From: an uncultured Planctomycetota bacterium
GTDB lineage: Bacteria > Planctomycetota > Planctomycetia > Pirellulales > Lacipirellulaceae
NCBI GenBank assembly: GCA_963719315.1
Contig: CAVRBU010000002.1
Span: forward strand, 768,001-832,000
Length of the DNA: 64,000 bases
Reading direction: 5' to 3'
Shown: positions 10,994-20,224 of the stretch, in pieces
How positions within the stretch are numbered: the first letter of the stretch is position 1
How the letters are laid out: every line of letters begins with the position of its first letter
Notes under the pieces: generated by a model
The model's input: the letters and a program-made list of their open reading frames with translations, nothing else
Databases searched by the model: none
What the model was told of the DNA's origin: nothing
Made by a program: the position numbers and the translations under genes

Positions 10994-11464
10994 GTGAAGC
11001 CAATTCTGCAAGCACTTTTAATGGCGGATCATGTCTACGTCGATGCCGCGACGAAAAAGAAAATAGTCGCTGGCATTTTTCACAAACTGGTACTGTTCCC
11101 ACCGAAGCTTGAGCCGGTTCCTGGGCCAGAAGGCGAGTACAGTGGTGAGTCTGTTCAGAGAATACAGATTCCGGTTGCCGGCCAAAAGTCTGGTTCGCCG
11201 TTTTGCTATCTCAGCGTCACCGAAGTTTATGGCAAGCAGGCATTCACGCTTCGCTATGTGAACCTAGATGATGACAAAGCGATTTTTCAGACCGAATTTC
11301 AATTAGAGGGCAAGGACCCGCTGGAAACGATTGAGTTTGTTCTTCCACTCCCAGAATTACCGTCAAAAGCGGCTGGCCATTACGCCCTTGAATTGCTCTG
11401 GGGACTAGAGCCCCTTGGCTGTCATCGAATAACAATTGAAAAATCCTCCACAACAGAGAGTTGA
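10994..11464 (+). CDS. hypothetical protein (DUF6941-like)
   Basis: 156 aa; PILQALLMADHVYVDAATKKKIVAGIF...GHYALELLW; GGGAG RBS. Confidence 0.65.
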   Translation: MKPILQALLMADHVYVDAATKKKIVAGIFHKLVLFPPKLEPVPGPEGEYSGESVQRIQIPVAGQKSGSPFCYLSVTEVYGKQAFTLRYVNLDDDKAIFQTEFQLEGKDPLETIEFVLPLPELPSKAAGHYALELLWGLEPLGCHRITIEKSSTTES

Positions 11465-11466
11465 GT

Positions 11467-11790
11467 ATGTCCACATCAATTTGTGAAAAGCGCTATGGGG
11501 CAACCGTGTCTAATCCTAGCTATCAATGGCAGCCTTTAACGGAAGACACCTACGAATGCCGGGTGTTGCTGTGCCCGGAGGAAGGGGGGGGGTACTCCGC
11601 TCACGCGCTGCGACTCCCGGGCGTTGTTAGCCAAGGGGAAACCCAAGACGAGGCGCTATGCAATATCTCAGATGCGTTTAAGGAAACAGTTCAATGCTAC
11701 TTAGAGTCGGGAGGCTCGATTCCTTGGCAGGAGATTACGATTGATCGACCGGTTGGTTGTATGGAGCGATGGATTCTCGTAAATGTCTGA
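11467..11790 (+). CDS. hicB: HicB family antitoxin (short form)
   Basis: EEGGGYSAHALRLPGVVSQGETQDEALCNISDA motif. Confidence 0.85.
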   Translation: MSTSICEKRYGATVSNPSYQWQPLTEDTYECRVLLCPEEGGGYSAHALRLPGVVSQGETQDEALCNISDAFKETVQCYLESGGSIPWQEITIDRPVGCMERWILVNV

Positions 11791-12013
11791 ACTGCCGGCG
11801 ATTTCAGGCAAGCAGGCAATTAAGGTATTCTCTGCCGACGGCTTTAATGTCGTGCGAATATCTAAGTCGAGCCACCACATAATGAAAAAGCCGGGCCATC
11901 CACTCCTGTTGTCTGTGCCGGTCCACGGCAACAAGACGTTGAAACCTGGAACTCTTCGCGGGCTGATATCCGCATCCGGGCTAACAGTTGAGCAATTTGT
12001 TGCGTTGCTTTGA
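11783..12013 (+). CDS. hicA: HicA family toxin
   Basis: LPAISGKQAIKVF...SSHHIMKK...VPVHGNKTLKPGTLRGLI. Confidence 0.85.
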   Translation: MSELPAISGKQAIKVFSADGFNVVRISKSSHHIMKKPGHPLLLSVPVHGNKTLKPGTLRGLISASGLTVEQFVALL

Positions 12014-12112
12014 CATCAAGTAGCAGGATTTCTTGGCGTCGATCTTGGAGCATGATCGTGGCGGGGCCACCAAAAAGGAGGCAGAACTTTTTATGGCGAT
12101 AATAGTTCTGAC

Positions 12113-13106
12113 CTGCTCAGTAGAAAACGTCTGAATGCTAGCTAAACATCGGTGTGTGTTGGTTCGTATGACGGTGGATGAAGACGAGCAAGAGTCCGAA
12201 GCGCGTGTTGGTCGAGGCACTGGCCGTGGCCCAGGCTTCGCTGCCGCGGTACTCGCATCGGTTCAGCCCACGGGTCTTCACGCAGCATCAACTGTTTGCC
12301 TGTCTGGTGCTCAAGGATTTTTACAACCTGACCTATCGGGGCACCGTTGGCCTGTTGGCGGACAGCGATTCGCTGTGCGAAGCGATCGGCCTGGAAAAGG
12401 TGCCCCACTTCACGACGCTGCAAAAGTCGGCCGATCGGTTGTTGGTGAAGAAGTCGTTTCAACGGCTGATCACGGCCACGGTCCAGCGGGCACGGAAGGC
12501 CAAGCTGCTCCGCCGCTCCGTGCGATTGGCAGCCATCGACACCAGCGGCTTCGAAGCGCGGCACACCAGTCGCTACTATGCCTGGCGTCGAAAAAAGGTG
12601 GGAAAACACGGACGAACGTGCGCCGTCTCCTATCGCCGCTACCCCAAGCTGGGCGTGGTCTGCGACACGACGAGTCATTTCTGCCTGGCGGCCCGGGCTA
12701 GCCAGGGACCGCGGCCCGACTTCGGCGATTTCCGCCCGCTCGTCGTCGAAGCGCAGGCTCGCACCGGAGTGAAGGCGGTCGCGGCGGACGCCGGCTTCGA
12801 CAGCGAAGCCAACCACGTGTTGGCCCGCGACGAACTGGGGATTCAGTCCCTGATCCCCGCCGAGCACGGCCGACCGCCGGCCGGGGAACCCGTGGGCCGC
12901 TATCGAAAGCAGATGAAACGTCATTTGCACGAAAGTCGTTATGGACAACGTTGGCAGGTGGAAACCGTCTACTCGATGATCAAACGTCTCTCGGGAGAAG
13001 TCGTCAACGCCCGCACCCACTGGCGCCGCTGCCGACTCCTGCTCCTCAAAACACTCACTCACAACATCTCGATTCTCAGACAACACCTAGGTTTTCTACT
13101 GAGCAG
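12113..13106 (+). mobile_element. complete IS5-like insertion sequence
   Basis: Perfect 16-bp terminal inverted repeats CTGCTCAGTAGAAAAC (12113-12128) / GTTTTCTACTGAGCAG (13091-13106); target duplication TTCTGAC (7-10 bp depending on end choice). Confidence 0.9.
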
Positions 13107-13152
13107 TTCTGACCCCTTTTTTCCTTCGCATTCCAGAATCCGATACAGGTGA
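12178..13152 (+). CDS. DDE transposase (IS5-like)
   Basis: AAIDTSGF, AADAGFDSE, YGQRWQVETVYSMIKR; ORF reads through the right IR. Confidence 0.9.
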   Translation: MKTSKSPKRVLVEALAVAQASLPRYSHRFSPRVFTQHQLFACLVLKDFYNLTYRGTVGLLADSDSLCEAIGLEKVPHFTTLQKSADRLLVKKSFQRLITATVQRARKAKLLRRSVRLAAIDTSGFEARHTSRYYAWRRKKVGKHGRTCAVSYRRYPKLGVVCDTTSHFCLAARASQGPRPDFGDFRPLVVEAQARTGVKAVAADAGFDSEANHVLARDELGIQSLIPAEHGRPPAGEPVGRYRKQMKRHLHESRYGQRWQVETVYSMIKRLSGEVVNARTHWRRCRLLLLKTLTHNISILRQHLGFLLSSSDPFFPSHSRIRYR

Positions 13153-13312
13153 AGGCTAAACTTACTTCTGTCGCTCTTGCGTGTCGGTAAACCAAAACAC
13201 AAACAAAACGATCATCGTAGGAACGTAGAAATAGGTTGGCAACCAGGGGGCACCCCAGATTGCGGCTGCGACCGCATTTGAATAAATCTAACTGGGGACC
13301 CACGGCCACCGC

Positions 13313-13882
13313 CTAACCTCTCCGCATGTAGGTATTACTTGCTATCTCGACGACAGAACTTATATAGCCTAAATAGATCAGCGTCCCATTGAGAATCATT
13401 CCGGCCACCCACAACAGCGTGGCCAATTTCATCAGTCGTAAGACCAAGGGTATCCGTGTGTTTCGCTTCAAAAAGAATTGCGATAGTCTGAGCATCAGGA
13501 CGGCAACGAATCCAATTATTGCCCATGAAACTACCAACGATATATTTCTATCGGGACCACCAAGCAGTACACCAATCAATCCGCCTATGAATGTCCCTAT
13601 GACCAATTCGTGAGCATTCAATCTGCCACGGCGTTTCGCGGGAGAGCGTGTCGGGGCAGTAACGATAACAGGGATGTCAGGCGAAGGCCGCGTTTCTACT
13701 TGCGGCTTCGGCTCGTTGCGGATGAAGTTTTCGAGTTCATTTAGTTCGTCGTCTGTGATATCTCGCGGCCGAAGAATATCAATTTGCGCTCCGCACTTAG
13801 GACAATTCGCGGACTTGCCATCTGCCGTATCGGGGGCTGTGAATAGTCTGCCACACGATTGGCAAGTAACGACGAAAGACAT
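13313..13882 (-). CDS. zinc-ribbon membrane protein
   Basis: CQSCG...CPKCG N-terminus and three hydrophobic segments. Confidence 0.65.
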   Translation of the reverse strand: MSFVVTCQSCGRLFTAPDTADGKSANCPKCGAQIDILRPRDITDDELNELENFIRNEPKPQVETRPSPDIPVIVTAPTRSPAKRRGRLNAHELVIGTFIGGLIGVLLGGPDRNISLVVSWAIIGFVAVLMLRLSQFFLKRNTRIPLVLRLMKLATLLWVAGMILNGTLIYLGYISSVVEIASNTYMRRG

Positions 13883-13950
13883 CGCACTACCCTCCGGCTT
13901 TGGGAGAGTTAACAGCAACCGCTATCGGTCATCATAACCATTGTGGGATG

Positions 13951-14700
13951 TCAGGAGCAATGACGCCATCTAATGCTGACACCAACTACGCCGAGTAGCG
14001 ACCACACGATAAGGGAGGTGGGTTCGGGGACAGCGGCAACGGAGATTGGTGAACTGATCGCGTAGAAGTGCCCCGGGTAGTGACTATACCCTGAATTTGA
14101 GAAGTTGCTTAGCCATTGTCCGTCAGAAATCAGCGTCGGGTCGCCGCTCCCACTCACAAAAGAGGTTCCCAACGCCGGTCCCCCGCTACGCCCGGCCCAG
14201 TAAGTGCAAGTGAATATGATTCCAACTTGGCTCTGCGAAAAAGAGAACAAGCCATCTTGGTCATACGCGATCGGGTTCGACAAGATACCGCTTTGACTCA
14301 AAAACTGAGTCCAACCCGACGCGACGAGTTCGCCCCGTGTGTTGAAAATCGGAAGGTCGTCAGCACCGCCAGAAAGCACGTTGTCAATCGCATCCACCGT
14401 CGCAGTGGAGCCATAAACAAACCATTCGGGCGACGCACCAACGCTCGCAAGGGTGGATTCAAGCGAACTGCCCGCCACTTCGCTCCTGACGAAATCGTTG
14501 TAATCTTCGATCAGAGGCGAATCCGCATCGCGAACACCTTGCGTCACTAGGGCAATGCGATACGTCGTAACTCCCGCAGGAAGCGTTATGGAAGCATGGG
14601 CAGTACTTGGTACAAGCAGTACGGCGGCAGCGAAGCCAAAGTGAATAACGCACGCCACCAAGACCCCAGCAACCTTTCGGCAAATCGTCGTTGTTCGCAT
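13951..14700 (-). CDS. PEP-CTERM secreted protein
   Basis: Signal peptide; YRIALVT...IEDYNDFV; C-terminal VPEPTSLIVWSLLGVVGVSIRWR. Confidence 0.8.
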   Translation of the reverse strand: MRTTTICRKVAGVLVACVIHFGFAAAVLLVPSTAHASITLPAGVTTYRIALVTQGVRDADSPLIEDYNDFVRSEVAGSSLESTLASVGASPEWFVYGSTATVDAIDNVLSGGADDLPIFNTRGELVASGWTQFLSQSGILSNPIAYDQDGLFSFSQSQVGIIFTCTYWAGRSGGPALGTSFVSGSGDPTLISDGQWLSNFSNSGYSHYPGHFYAISSPISVAAVPEPTSLIVWSLLGVVGVSIRWRHCS

Positions 14701-14897
14701 GGTCGGCACCCTTCATAGTTGGAACACTGACATAGCCCACCACTTTTGGACAGTGTCGATGAGTGGAATGAATTGTGCGGCTTGTGTTTGCTGCACGTTG
14801 GTTGAGGCGAAGACGAGAAGAATAGCTATGACGCAATATGATGCTTTCATCAGGCACTCCAAAACTGTGCAAACGAACGCGGAGTTCAGCGAAAACT

Positions 14898-14931
14898 AAT
14901 GCTACTCAAAGTCTGTAGACTTATCGACATC
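14898..14931 (+). promoter_or_regulatory. C-box-like tandem operator
   Basis: AATGCTACTCAAAGTCTGTAGACTTATCGACATC: ACT-N3-AGTC-TGTA-GACT-TAT pattern ~19 nt upstream of the XRE ATG. Confidence 0.65.
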
Positions 14932-14950
14932 ATAACCCGATTTTCGGGGG

Positions 14951-15169
14951 ATGCGAGAGTCGCCGCAAAAATTCCTTGGGAATCGAATTCGTCAGCTTCG
15001 GCTGCGCTTGAAATTATCCCAAGAAGACCTTGCGGCAGCAAGCGAATTGCACCGAACCTACGTGGGAAGCGTTGAGCGGGGCGAACGTAACGTTAGCCTT
15101 ACCAATATCATCCGTCTCGCACGGGCGTTGCAAACGACGCCAAGCATGCTGCTTCATGGGCTTGAATAG
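14951..15169 (+). CDS. XRE HTH regulator, R-M controller (C) protein-like
   Basis: 72 aa; LSQEDLA...[21 protein letters not shown]. Confidence 0.85.
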   Translation: MRESPQKFLGNRIRQLRLRLKLSQEDLAAASELHRTYVGSVERGERNVSLTNIIRLARALQTTPSMLLHGLE

Positions 15170-15276
15170 CCGCAGCATAATCCATTCCAGGAATCGATAT
15201 CGATGTAGTCATAATTTGCACCGGCAACTATCCGCGAATTTCCTTCCGCGATGCTGCTCGGACTCAGTTCGACTAT

Positions 15277-15465
15277 TTGATGTTATTTCGAGCTGTCGAA
15301 GCTGCGGCGGTCGCTGTCTTATCCTTCCTGGTATTCGTCGCGATCCAAGGTTCGCTTGATCCTTCCCACTTTGTGCGGTCCAGATTCAGTCTCCGCACGT
15401 TATTCATTGCGATGACTGTGTGCGCCCTGCTGCTTGGGTTGATCGCTTATTCGGTCCGACACTGA
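15277..15465 (+). CDS. small membrane protein with RFSLRTL motif
   Basis: SRFSLRTLFIAMTVCALLLGLIAY; start uncertain. Confidence 0.5.
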   Translation: MMLFRAVEAAAVAVLSFLVFVAIQGSLDPSHFVRSRFSLRTLFIAMTVCALLLGLIAYSVRH

Positions 15466-15500
15466 TCTTCCCTGAACTCACGGTCTAAATACCAATTCTT

Positions 15501-15827
15501 GTAGGTCCCTTCTGCCGGAAGGGACCTCCGCGGATTCGCATGTTGGCGGGCGGGTTCGGGTCCCGCTCGGCAAGCTCAGCGTTACCCACATCTCAATAAG
15601 AGCCGCGAGAAGCCCTGTAAACAGGGCTTGGTGCAGCTCGGTTGGCCCCCGCCAACCCGTCGCCAACGACGAGCCTAAGACCACCTTCGGTGGAAAGAGC
15701 CGTGAACGGCTCTGCAATCCGCGAAACTGTTACAGTTGTGGGTCATGGCAAGTCTGCCGGAAGGGACCTCAGCGGATTCGCGATTTTGCGGAGCGGGTTC
15801 AGGTCCCGCTCGGCAAGCGGGACCTAC
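15501..15827. repeat. GTAG-type REP doublets (two partial copies)
   Basis: GTAGGTCCCTTCTGCCGGAAGGGACC / GGTCCCGCTCGGCAAGCGGGACCTAC; 15511-15575 repeated at 15753-15817. Confidence 0.75.
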
Positions 15828-15834
15828 TTGGGCG

Positions 15835-16275
15835 TTAGTGCTGTTCTAGCTGGCGGATTTTTTCGACGCGGCGTTGGTGGCGGCCGCCTTCGAATTCGGT
15901 TTCCATCCACTTGATGACCACGCGCTCGGTGCTGTTGGCGCTGAGCAGGTCGCCGGAGAGGCAGAGGACGTTGAGGTCGTTGTGGCGGCGGCTGAGTTCG
16001 GCGGTGACTTCGTCGGCGCAGGCGGCGGCGCGGACGCCGGCGAATTTGTTGGCGGAGATTGCCATGCCGATGCCGGTGCCGCAGATGAGGATGCCCCGGT
16101 CGACCTCGCCGCTGCTTACTTTTTTAGCGACCAAGGCGGCGAAATCCGGGTAGTCGACGGCAGCGTCGTTCGACGGGCCTTCGTCGATGACCTCGTGCCC
16201 TTTCGACTTCAGGAGCGTGCTCACCCGTTCCTTCAGGTGGTAGCCACGGTGATCGCTGGCGATGGCAACTTTCAT
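15835..16275 (-). CDS. rpiB: ribose 5-phosphate isomerase B
   Basis: ASDHRG, DYPDFA, CGTGIGMAISANK, HNDLNVL, FEGGRHQRRV. Confidence 0.95.
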   Translation of the reverse strand: MKVAIASDHRGYHLKERVSTLLKSKGHEVIDEGPSNDAAVDYPDFAALVAKKVSSGEVDRGILICGTGIGMAISANKFAGVRAAACADEVTAELSRRHNDLNVLCLSGDLLSANSTERVVIKWMETEFEGGRHQRRVEKIRQLEQH

Positions 16276-16289
16276 GGGAACCCTTTGGG

Positions 16290-16363
16290 GTAAGTGAGTT
16301 GGTGAGTAAGTGAGTGGGTGGGGAGGCTGACCTGTTAACTTACTCTCCTACTCACCTACTCAC
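16290..16363. repeat. inverted octamer tandem-repeat hairpin
   Basis: (GTGAGTNR)x3 ... (NCYTACTC)x3. Confidence 0.75.
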
Positions 16364-17487
16364 AATTCCGTCTGCAATTTTGCGGCATGGTGTTTTATGC
16401 CGATTGTTAGTTGGGCGGCGCAATGGCGGTAGGCGCCGACGGACTGGCCGATGGGGTCGGCGACGTCGACGCGGTCGGGCATCATCAGGCTGGTGCGGGC
16501 GGCCGCATCGGGCCAGCGTTCGACGATCGACTGCATGTGGCTGTGCGTCATCGCCAGGATGAGGTCGGCGTGCCGCACCAATTGTTCGGTAAGCGGTTGG
16601 GCTTCGTGGCGCGACAAGTCGAGGCCCTGCTCGTTCATCACTTGCACGGCTTCGGCGGCCGGCGGGCAGCCGGGGGCGGCGGCGATGCCGGCGGACATTA
16701 CGGCGAGGCCCCGCTCTTCCAATTCGTCAAGGGTACACTTCAAGCTTTTCGCCAGGCAGTCGCGCATCAGCAACTCGGCCATCGGGCTGCGGCAGGTGTT
16801 GCCGGTGCAAACGATAACGACCACCACGCCGGCGAGCCGCTTCAATGTGGCTTTGCCGACGACGCCCTCGCGGAGAATTTCGAATTTATTGTTTTTCACG
16901 CGGACGACCGACGAAGGCTGGCCGTAGCGGCACGGGCCATCGTCGAGCACAAGTGCGACATCGCCGTCGAGGTATTGTACGACTTCCTGGGCGGTGACGG
17001 CTTCGGCCTGGCCGCTGCGGTTGGCGCTGGTGAGGACGATCGGGCCGGTGAGCATACGGAGCACGTCTTGCGACATGTTGTTGGCCGGCACGCGGAGGCC
17101 AACGGCGCCATTGGGGGCGACGACCTGGAGCACATCGCGTGAGAGCTGGGCAAGTAGGCCGTCGCGATGTTCGTTGTCGACGACGAGCGTTACCGGCCCC
17201 GGCCAGCAACGACGGGCCAGACGTCGGGCCAGCGGCGACAGGTCGGGCACAAAATCGGGCGCTTCTTCGGCACTTTTGATGGCGAGGGCCATTGGTTGGC
17301 CGGTGGGCCGGCCTTTCACCTTGAGCAGTCGTTGAACGGCGTCTGGGCAGCAGGCGCTGGCCGCCAGGCCGTAAACAGTTTCCGTGGGCAGCGCGATGAG
17401 TTGCCCCTCGGCGAGCGCTTGGACGGCACGGTGGACAACGTCTCGGGAGTCCTCGGCGTTACGAATATCGATGACAATCGGCGGCAT
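16360..17487 (-). CDS. L-threonylcarbamoyladenylate synthase (Sua5/TsaC) fused to low-molecular-weight protein phosphatase
   Basis: PTETVYGL, WPGPVTL, TSANRSG; then VCTGNTCRSPMAE and DPIG. Confidence 0.9.
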   Translation of the reverse strand: MPPIVIDIRNAEDSRDVVHRAVQALAEGQLIALPTETVYGLAASACCPDAVQRLLKVKGRPTGQPMALAIKSAEEAPDFVPDLSPLARRLARRCWPGPVTLVVDNEHRDGLLAQLSRDVLQVVAPNGAVGLRVPANNMSQDVLRMLTGPIVLTSANRSGQAEAVTAQEVVQYLDGDVALVLDDGPCRYGQPSSVVRVKNNKFEILREGVVGKATLKRLAGVVVVIVCTGNTCRSPMAELLMRDCLAKSLKCTLDELEERGLAVMSAGIAAAPGCPPAAEAVQVMNEQGLDLSRHEAQPLTEQLVRHADLILAMTHSHMQSIVERWPDAAARTSLMMPDRVDVADPIGQSVGAYRHCAAQLTIGIKHHAAKLQTEL

Positions 17488-17838
17488 AGGCGAGCGTGCA
17501 AGAACCACGCACTTCGGGCGACAAGCAGCGCGGCAGGCAGGAGCCGGCCGCGGTATTTTCCCGGCGGCGGACCCTCAACTATATCGTTTGCCGGCGGCGC
17601 GGGTCAAGCTACGGCGGCGGGTCGCGTGTAACGCAAATCCTTGGCATACTTAAACTTTTGTCGCGGCGGGGCGGGCGGAGCGGTTGCATTTTTGGCGGAA
17701 TTGGCGACATTGAAATTGGAGGCGAAACGAGAGGCGAGGCGTGGACGCAATGAGGGTTTACGGACGCCTGGCAACGTGACGTCCTGGGGGTCGGCTGTGC
17801 TCGACCCCAGGCACCCTGGTTCATGCTAGTGCAAGTCT

Positions 17839-18795
17839 ATGTTTACACACCAAGAACATCAGTTTGATCGCCGTCAGTTTGGGCGACTGGCTGCGGGCGG
17901 TTTGCTCGCAGCGGCGGTGGGCGGCTGCGCTAGTTCGGCGTCGGCCGATCAACCGCAGTTGGTGTGGGGTTCGCTCGGGGCAGGTAAGGGGCAATTCTCG
18001 AAGCCGCGGGCGATCACGATCGACGACCAGGATCAGTTGTACATCGTCGATATGACGGCCCGGATTCAGGTGTTTGACGCGGACGGCACTTACATTCGTG
18101 GATGGCAAACGCCGGAGCATACGAACGGCCGGCCGACCGGGTTGTCGTGGGATTCATACGAAGGCAATCTGATGGTGGCCGACACGCATTACAACCGCGT
18201 GTTACGGTACACGCCGGAGGGCGAACTGCTCGTAGACCGGACGCTGGGCGGCACGATGGGCCAGGGGCCGGGCGAGTTCGGGCTGGTGTCGGATGTGGTG
18301 CGCGACGCCACGCACAATTATTACGTCTCTGAATATGGTGAGTACGATCGCATCCAGAAGTTTACGCCCGAGGGGACGTTCACTTTGCAATGGGGCGGGC
18401 ACGGCACCAACCCCGGCCAATTCATGCGGCCGCAGCATTTGGAAATCGATGTCGATGGTTTGGTATGGGTCGCGGATGCGTGCAACCATCGAATCCAGGT
18501 GTTCGACGAGATGGGTAAGCTCGTGAAAATGTGGGGCACGCAGGGGAGCGACGTCGGGCAAATGTATTACCCGTATTGCATCGCGCTCGATGGCAAGGGC
18601 CACGTGTACGTGTGCGAGTTCGGCAACCATCGCGTGCAGAAGTTCACGCTGGATGGAAAGTCGGTGGCGTGCTGGGGGAGCGCGGGGCGGAAGCCGGGGC
18701 AGCTTAATACGCCGTGGGCGCTGGTGCTCGATAGCAAGGAGCGGGTGCACGTGATTGATTCGATGAATCACCGCGTGCAGCGGTTTGTGATGTAA
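17839..18795 (+). CDS. NHL-repeat beta-propeller protein with Tat/lipoprotein signal
   Basis: DRRQF...GGC; repeated F..P..I...G.VYVAD..NHRIQ.F. Confidence 0.85.
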   Translation: MFTHQEHQFDRRQFGRLAAGGLLAAAVGGCASSASADQPQLVWGSLGAGKGQFSKPRAITIDDQDQLYIVDMTARIQVFDADGTYIRGWQTPEHTNGRPTGLSWDSYEGNLMVADTHYNRVLRYTPEGELLVDRTLGGTMGQGPGEFGLVSDVVRDATHNYYVSEYGEYDRIQKFTPEGTFTLQWGGHGTNPGQFMRPQHLEIDVDGLVWVADACNHRIQVFDEMGKLVKMWGTQGSDVGQMYYPYCIALDGKGHVYVCEFGNHRVQKFTLDGKSVACWGSAGRKPGQLNTPWALVLDSKERVHVIDSMNHRVQRFVM

Positions 18796-18804
18796 GTGGC
18801 GAAT

Positions 18805-19041
18805 TCAATCGCAACTGCGTGAGCAGCGTTCGATGATGGTTCGTCCAGCGCCTCGGGCTGCAGATATTGCTGCACTGTCACTTTTGAAAGGCCCTTGCCA
18901 TCTGGTTCGTTGTTTTGGGTCGTCGCTCCCGCGTTGACCGTTCCCATCATTGCAGTTTGAGCACGATGCTCTGTGAATTGTCGCATCTCTTCCCGAAACC
19001 GCTCGCCGGTTCTCGTAGTACCACCAGGATTCTGTAGCCAT
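18805..19041 (-). CDS. small Cys/His-rich hypothetical protein
   Basis: MATESWWYYEN...IHRASCSNCNDG...WQGPF...CSRSC; GGAGG RBS. Confidence 0.6.
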   Translation of the reverse strand: MATESWWYYENRRAVSGRDATIHRASCSNCNDGNGQRGSDDPKQRTRWQGPFKSDSAAISAARGAGRTIIERCSRSCD

Positions 19042-19087
19042 CGACAAACCTCCAAAATGATGGACTTGAACTCCCAGCAAAGAAGCC

Positions 19088-19942
19088 TCACTGCCGTCGG
19101 CGCTGTGCCGTTTCGCTCTTCATGAACTTTAGCGCATCGCCCGCGAGTTGCTCTTCGGTTTGGTACATGCGGCGCCAGATTTTTGTGGCGGCGCTGATTT
19201 CGGGCAGGGCGAGCCCGAAGGCTTCGACGACCATCCAGCCGTCGTAGCCGGTTTCGTGCAGCGTGTCGAATGTTTCTTTCCAGGCGACGTGGCCCTGGCC
19301 AGGCGTGCCGCGGTCGTTTTCGGAGATGTGGACGTGCACGGTGTATGGGGCCGCAGTGCGAATGGCGTCGGCGATGCCCTTCTCTTCAATGTTGGCGTGG
19401 AAAGTGTCGTACATCATCCGGCAACTTGGATGATTGACTTCGGCGATAAACCGGGCGGTGTCGGCGGCGCAGGTGAGAAAGTACGTTTCAAAGCGGTTGA
19501 GATATTCGACGGCCAGCATCACGCCGACGGATTTTGCGTGCTCTGCGACGGATCGCATGCTTTCGACGCCCCACTTCCATTCGTCCTTAGTGGGTCCGGC
19601 GCCGCTGAAGAGGCCGATCGCTGAGTGATAGGGGCCGCACATCGATTCGGCGCCCAGCGCCTGGCAGCAATCGAGGGTGCGTTTCGTGGCTTCGACACCG
19701 GCGGCGCGGACCTTGGCGTCGGGGGAGATCGGGTTGTCGGCCTCGGTGCGGATGGTGACGACCGTGCGGCGAAAGCCGAGATCGTCGAGCCGCTTGCCCC
19801 AGTCGCGGCAGAGCTTTTCATCGGCACTGAAGATCGGCACTTCGACACCGTCGTAACCGATTTTCTTGAGCTGCTCCAGGACCGGCATTAGGCCATCGTG
19901 CAGGTGGTCGGTCCACAATAGTAGGTTCATTCCGAATTGCAT
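19088..19942 (-). CDS. sugar phosphate isomerase/epimerase (D-tagatose 3-epimerase family)
   Basis: GYDGVEVP, EYLNRFE, DTFHANIEE, HISENDRGTPG. Confidence 0.9.
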   Translation of the reverse strand: MQFGMNLLLWTDHLHDGLMPVLEQLKKIGYDGVEVPIFSADEKLCRDWGKRLDDLGFRRTVVTIRTEADNPISPDAKVRAAGVEATKRTLDCCQALGAESMCGPYHSAIGLFSGAGPTKDEWKWGVESMRSVAEHAKSVGVMLAVEYLNRFETYFLTCAADTARFIAEVNHPSCRMMYDTFHANIEEKGIADAIRTAAPYTVHVHISENDRGTPGQGHVAWKETFDTLHETGYDGWMVVEAFGLALPEISAATKIWRRMYQTEEQLAGDALKFMKSETAQRRRQ

Positions 19943-20224
19943 GATTTGTTTTAACCGCCGATGAACGCTGATGGAAACGGACACTTCGTGGCAGAACAAT
20001 TCTGTTGCGGGAATAACTCCACGTGTGCTCCCAAGCATAGTCTTATGGAGGAGCGATGTCACTCGAAAATGGCGCGGGCGGCGCCTCGCGGATTGAGAGT
20101 TGGGGCGTAAACCGTTAGGCTTATGTTTGGGGCAAGTTCATGTGTTAATGAGGTGGATTCGGCCTGGCGGCCGACGCTAGTCTTACTTTGGTTGCTTTTT
20201 CTTTTAACGATTCTTTTCGCCGCG

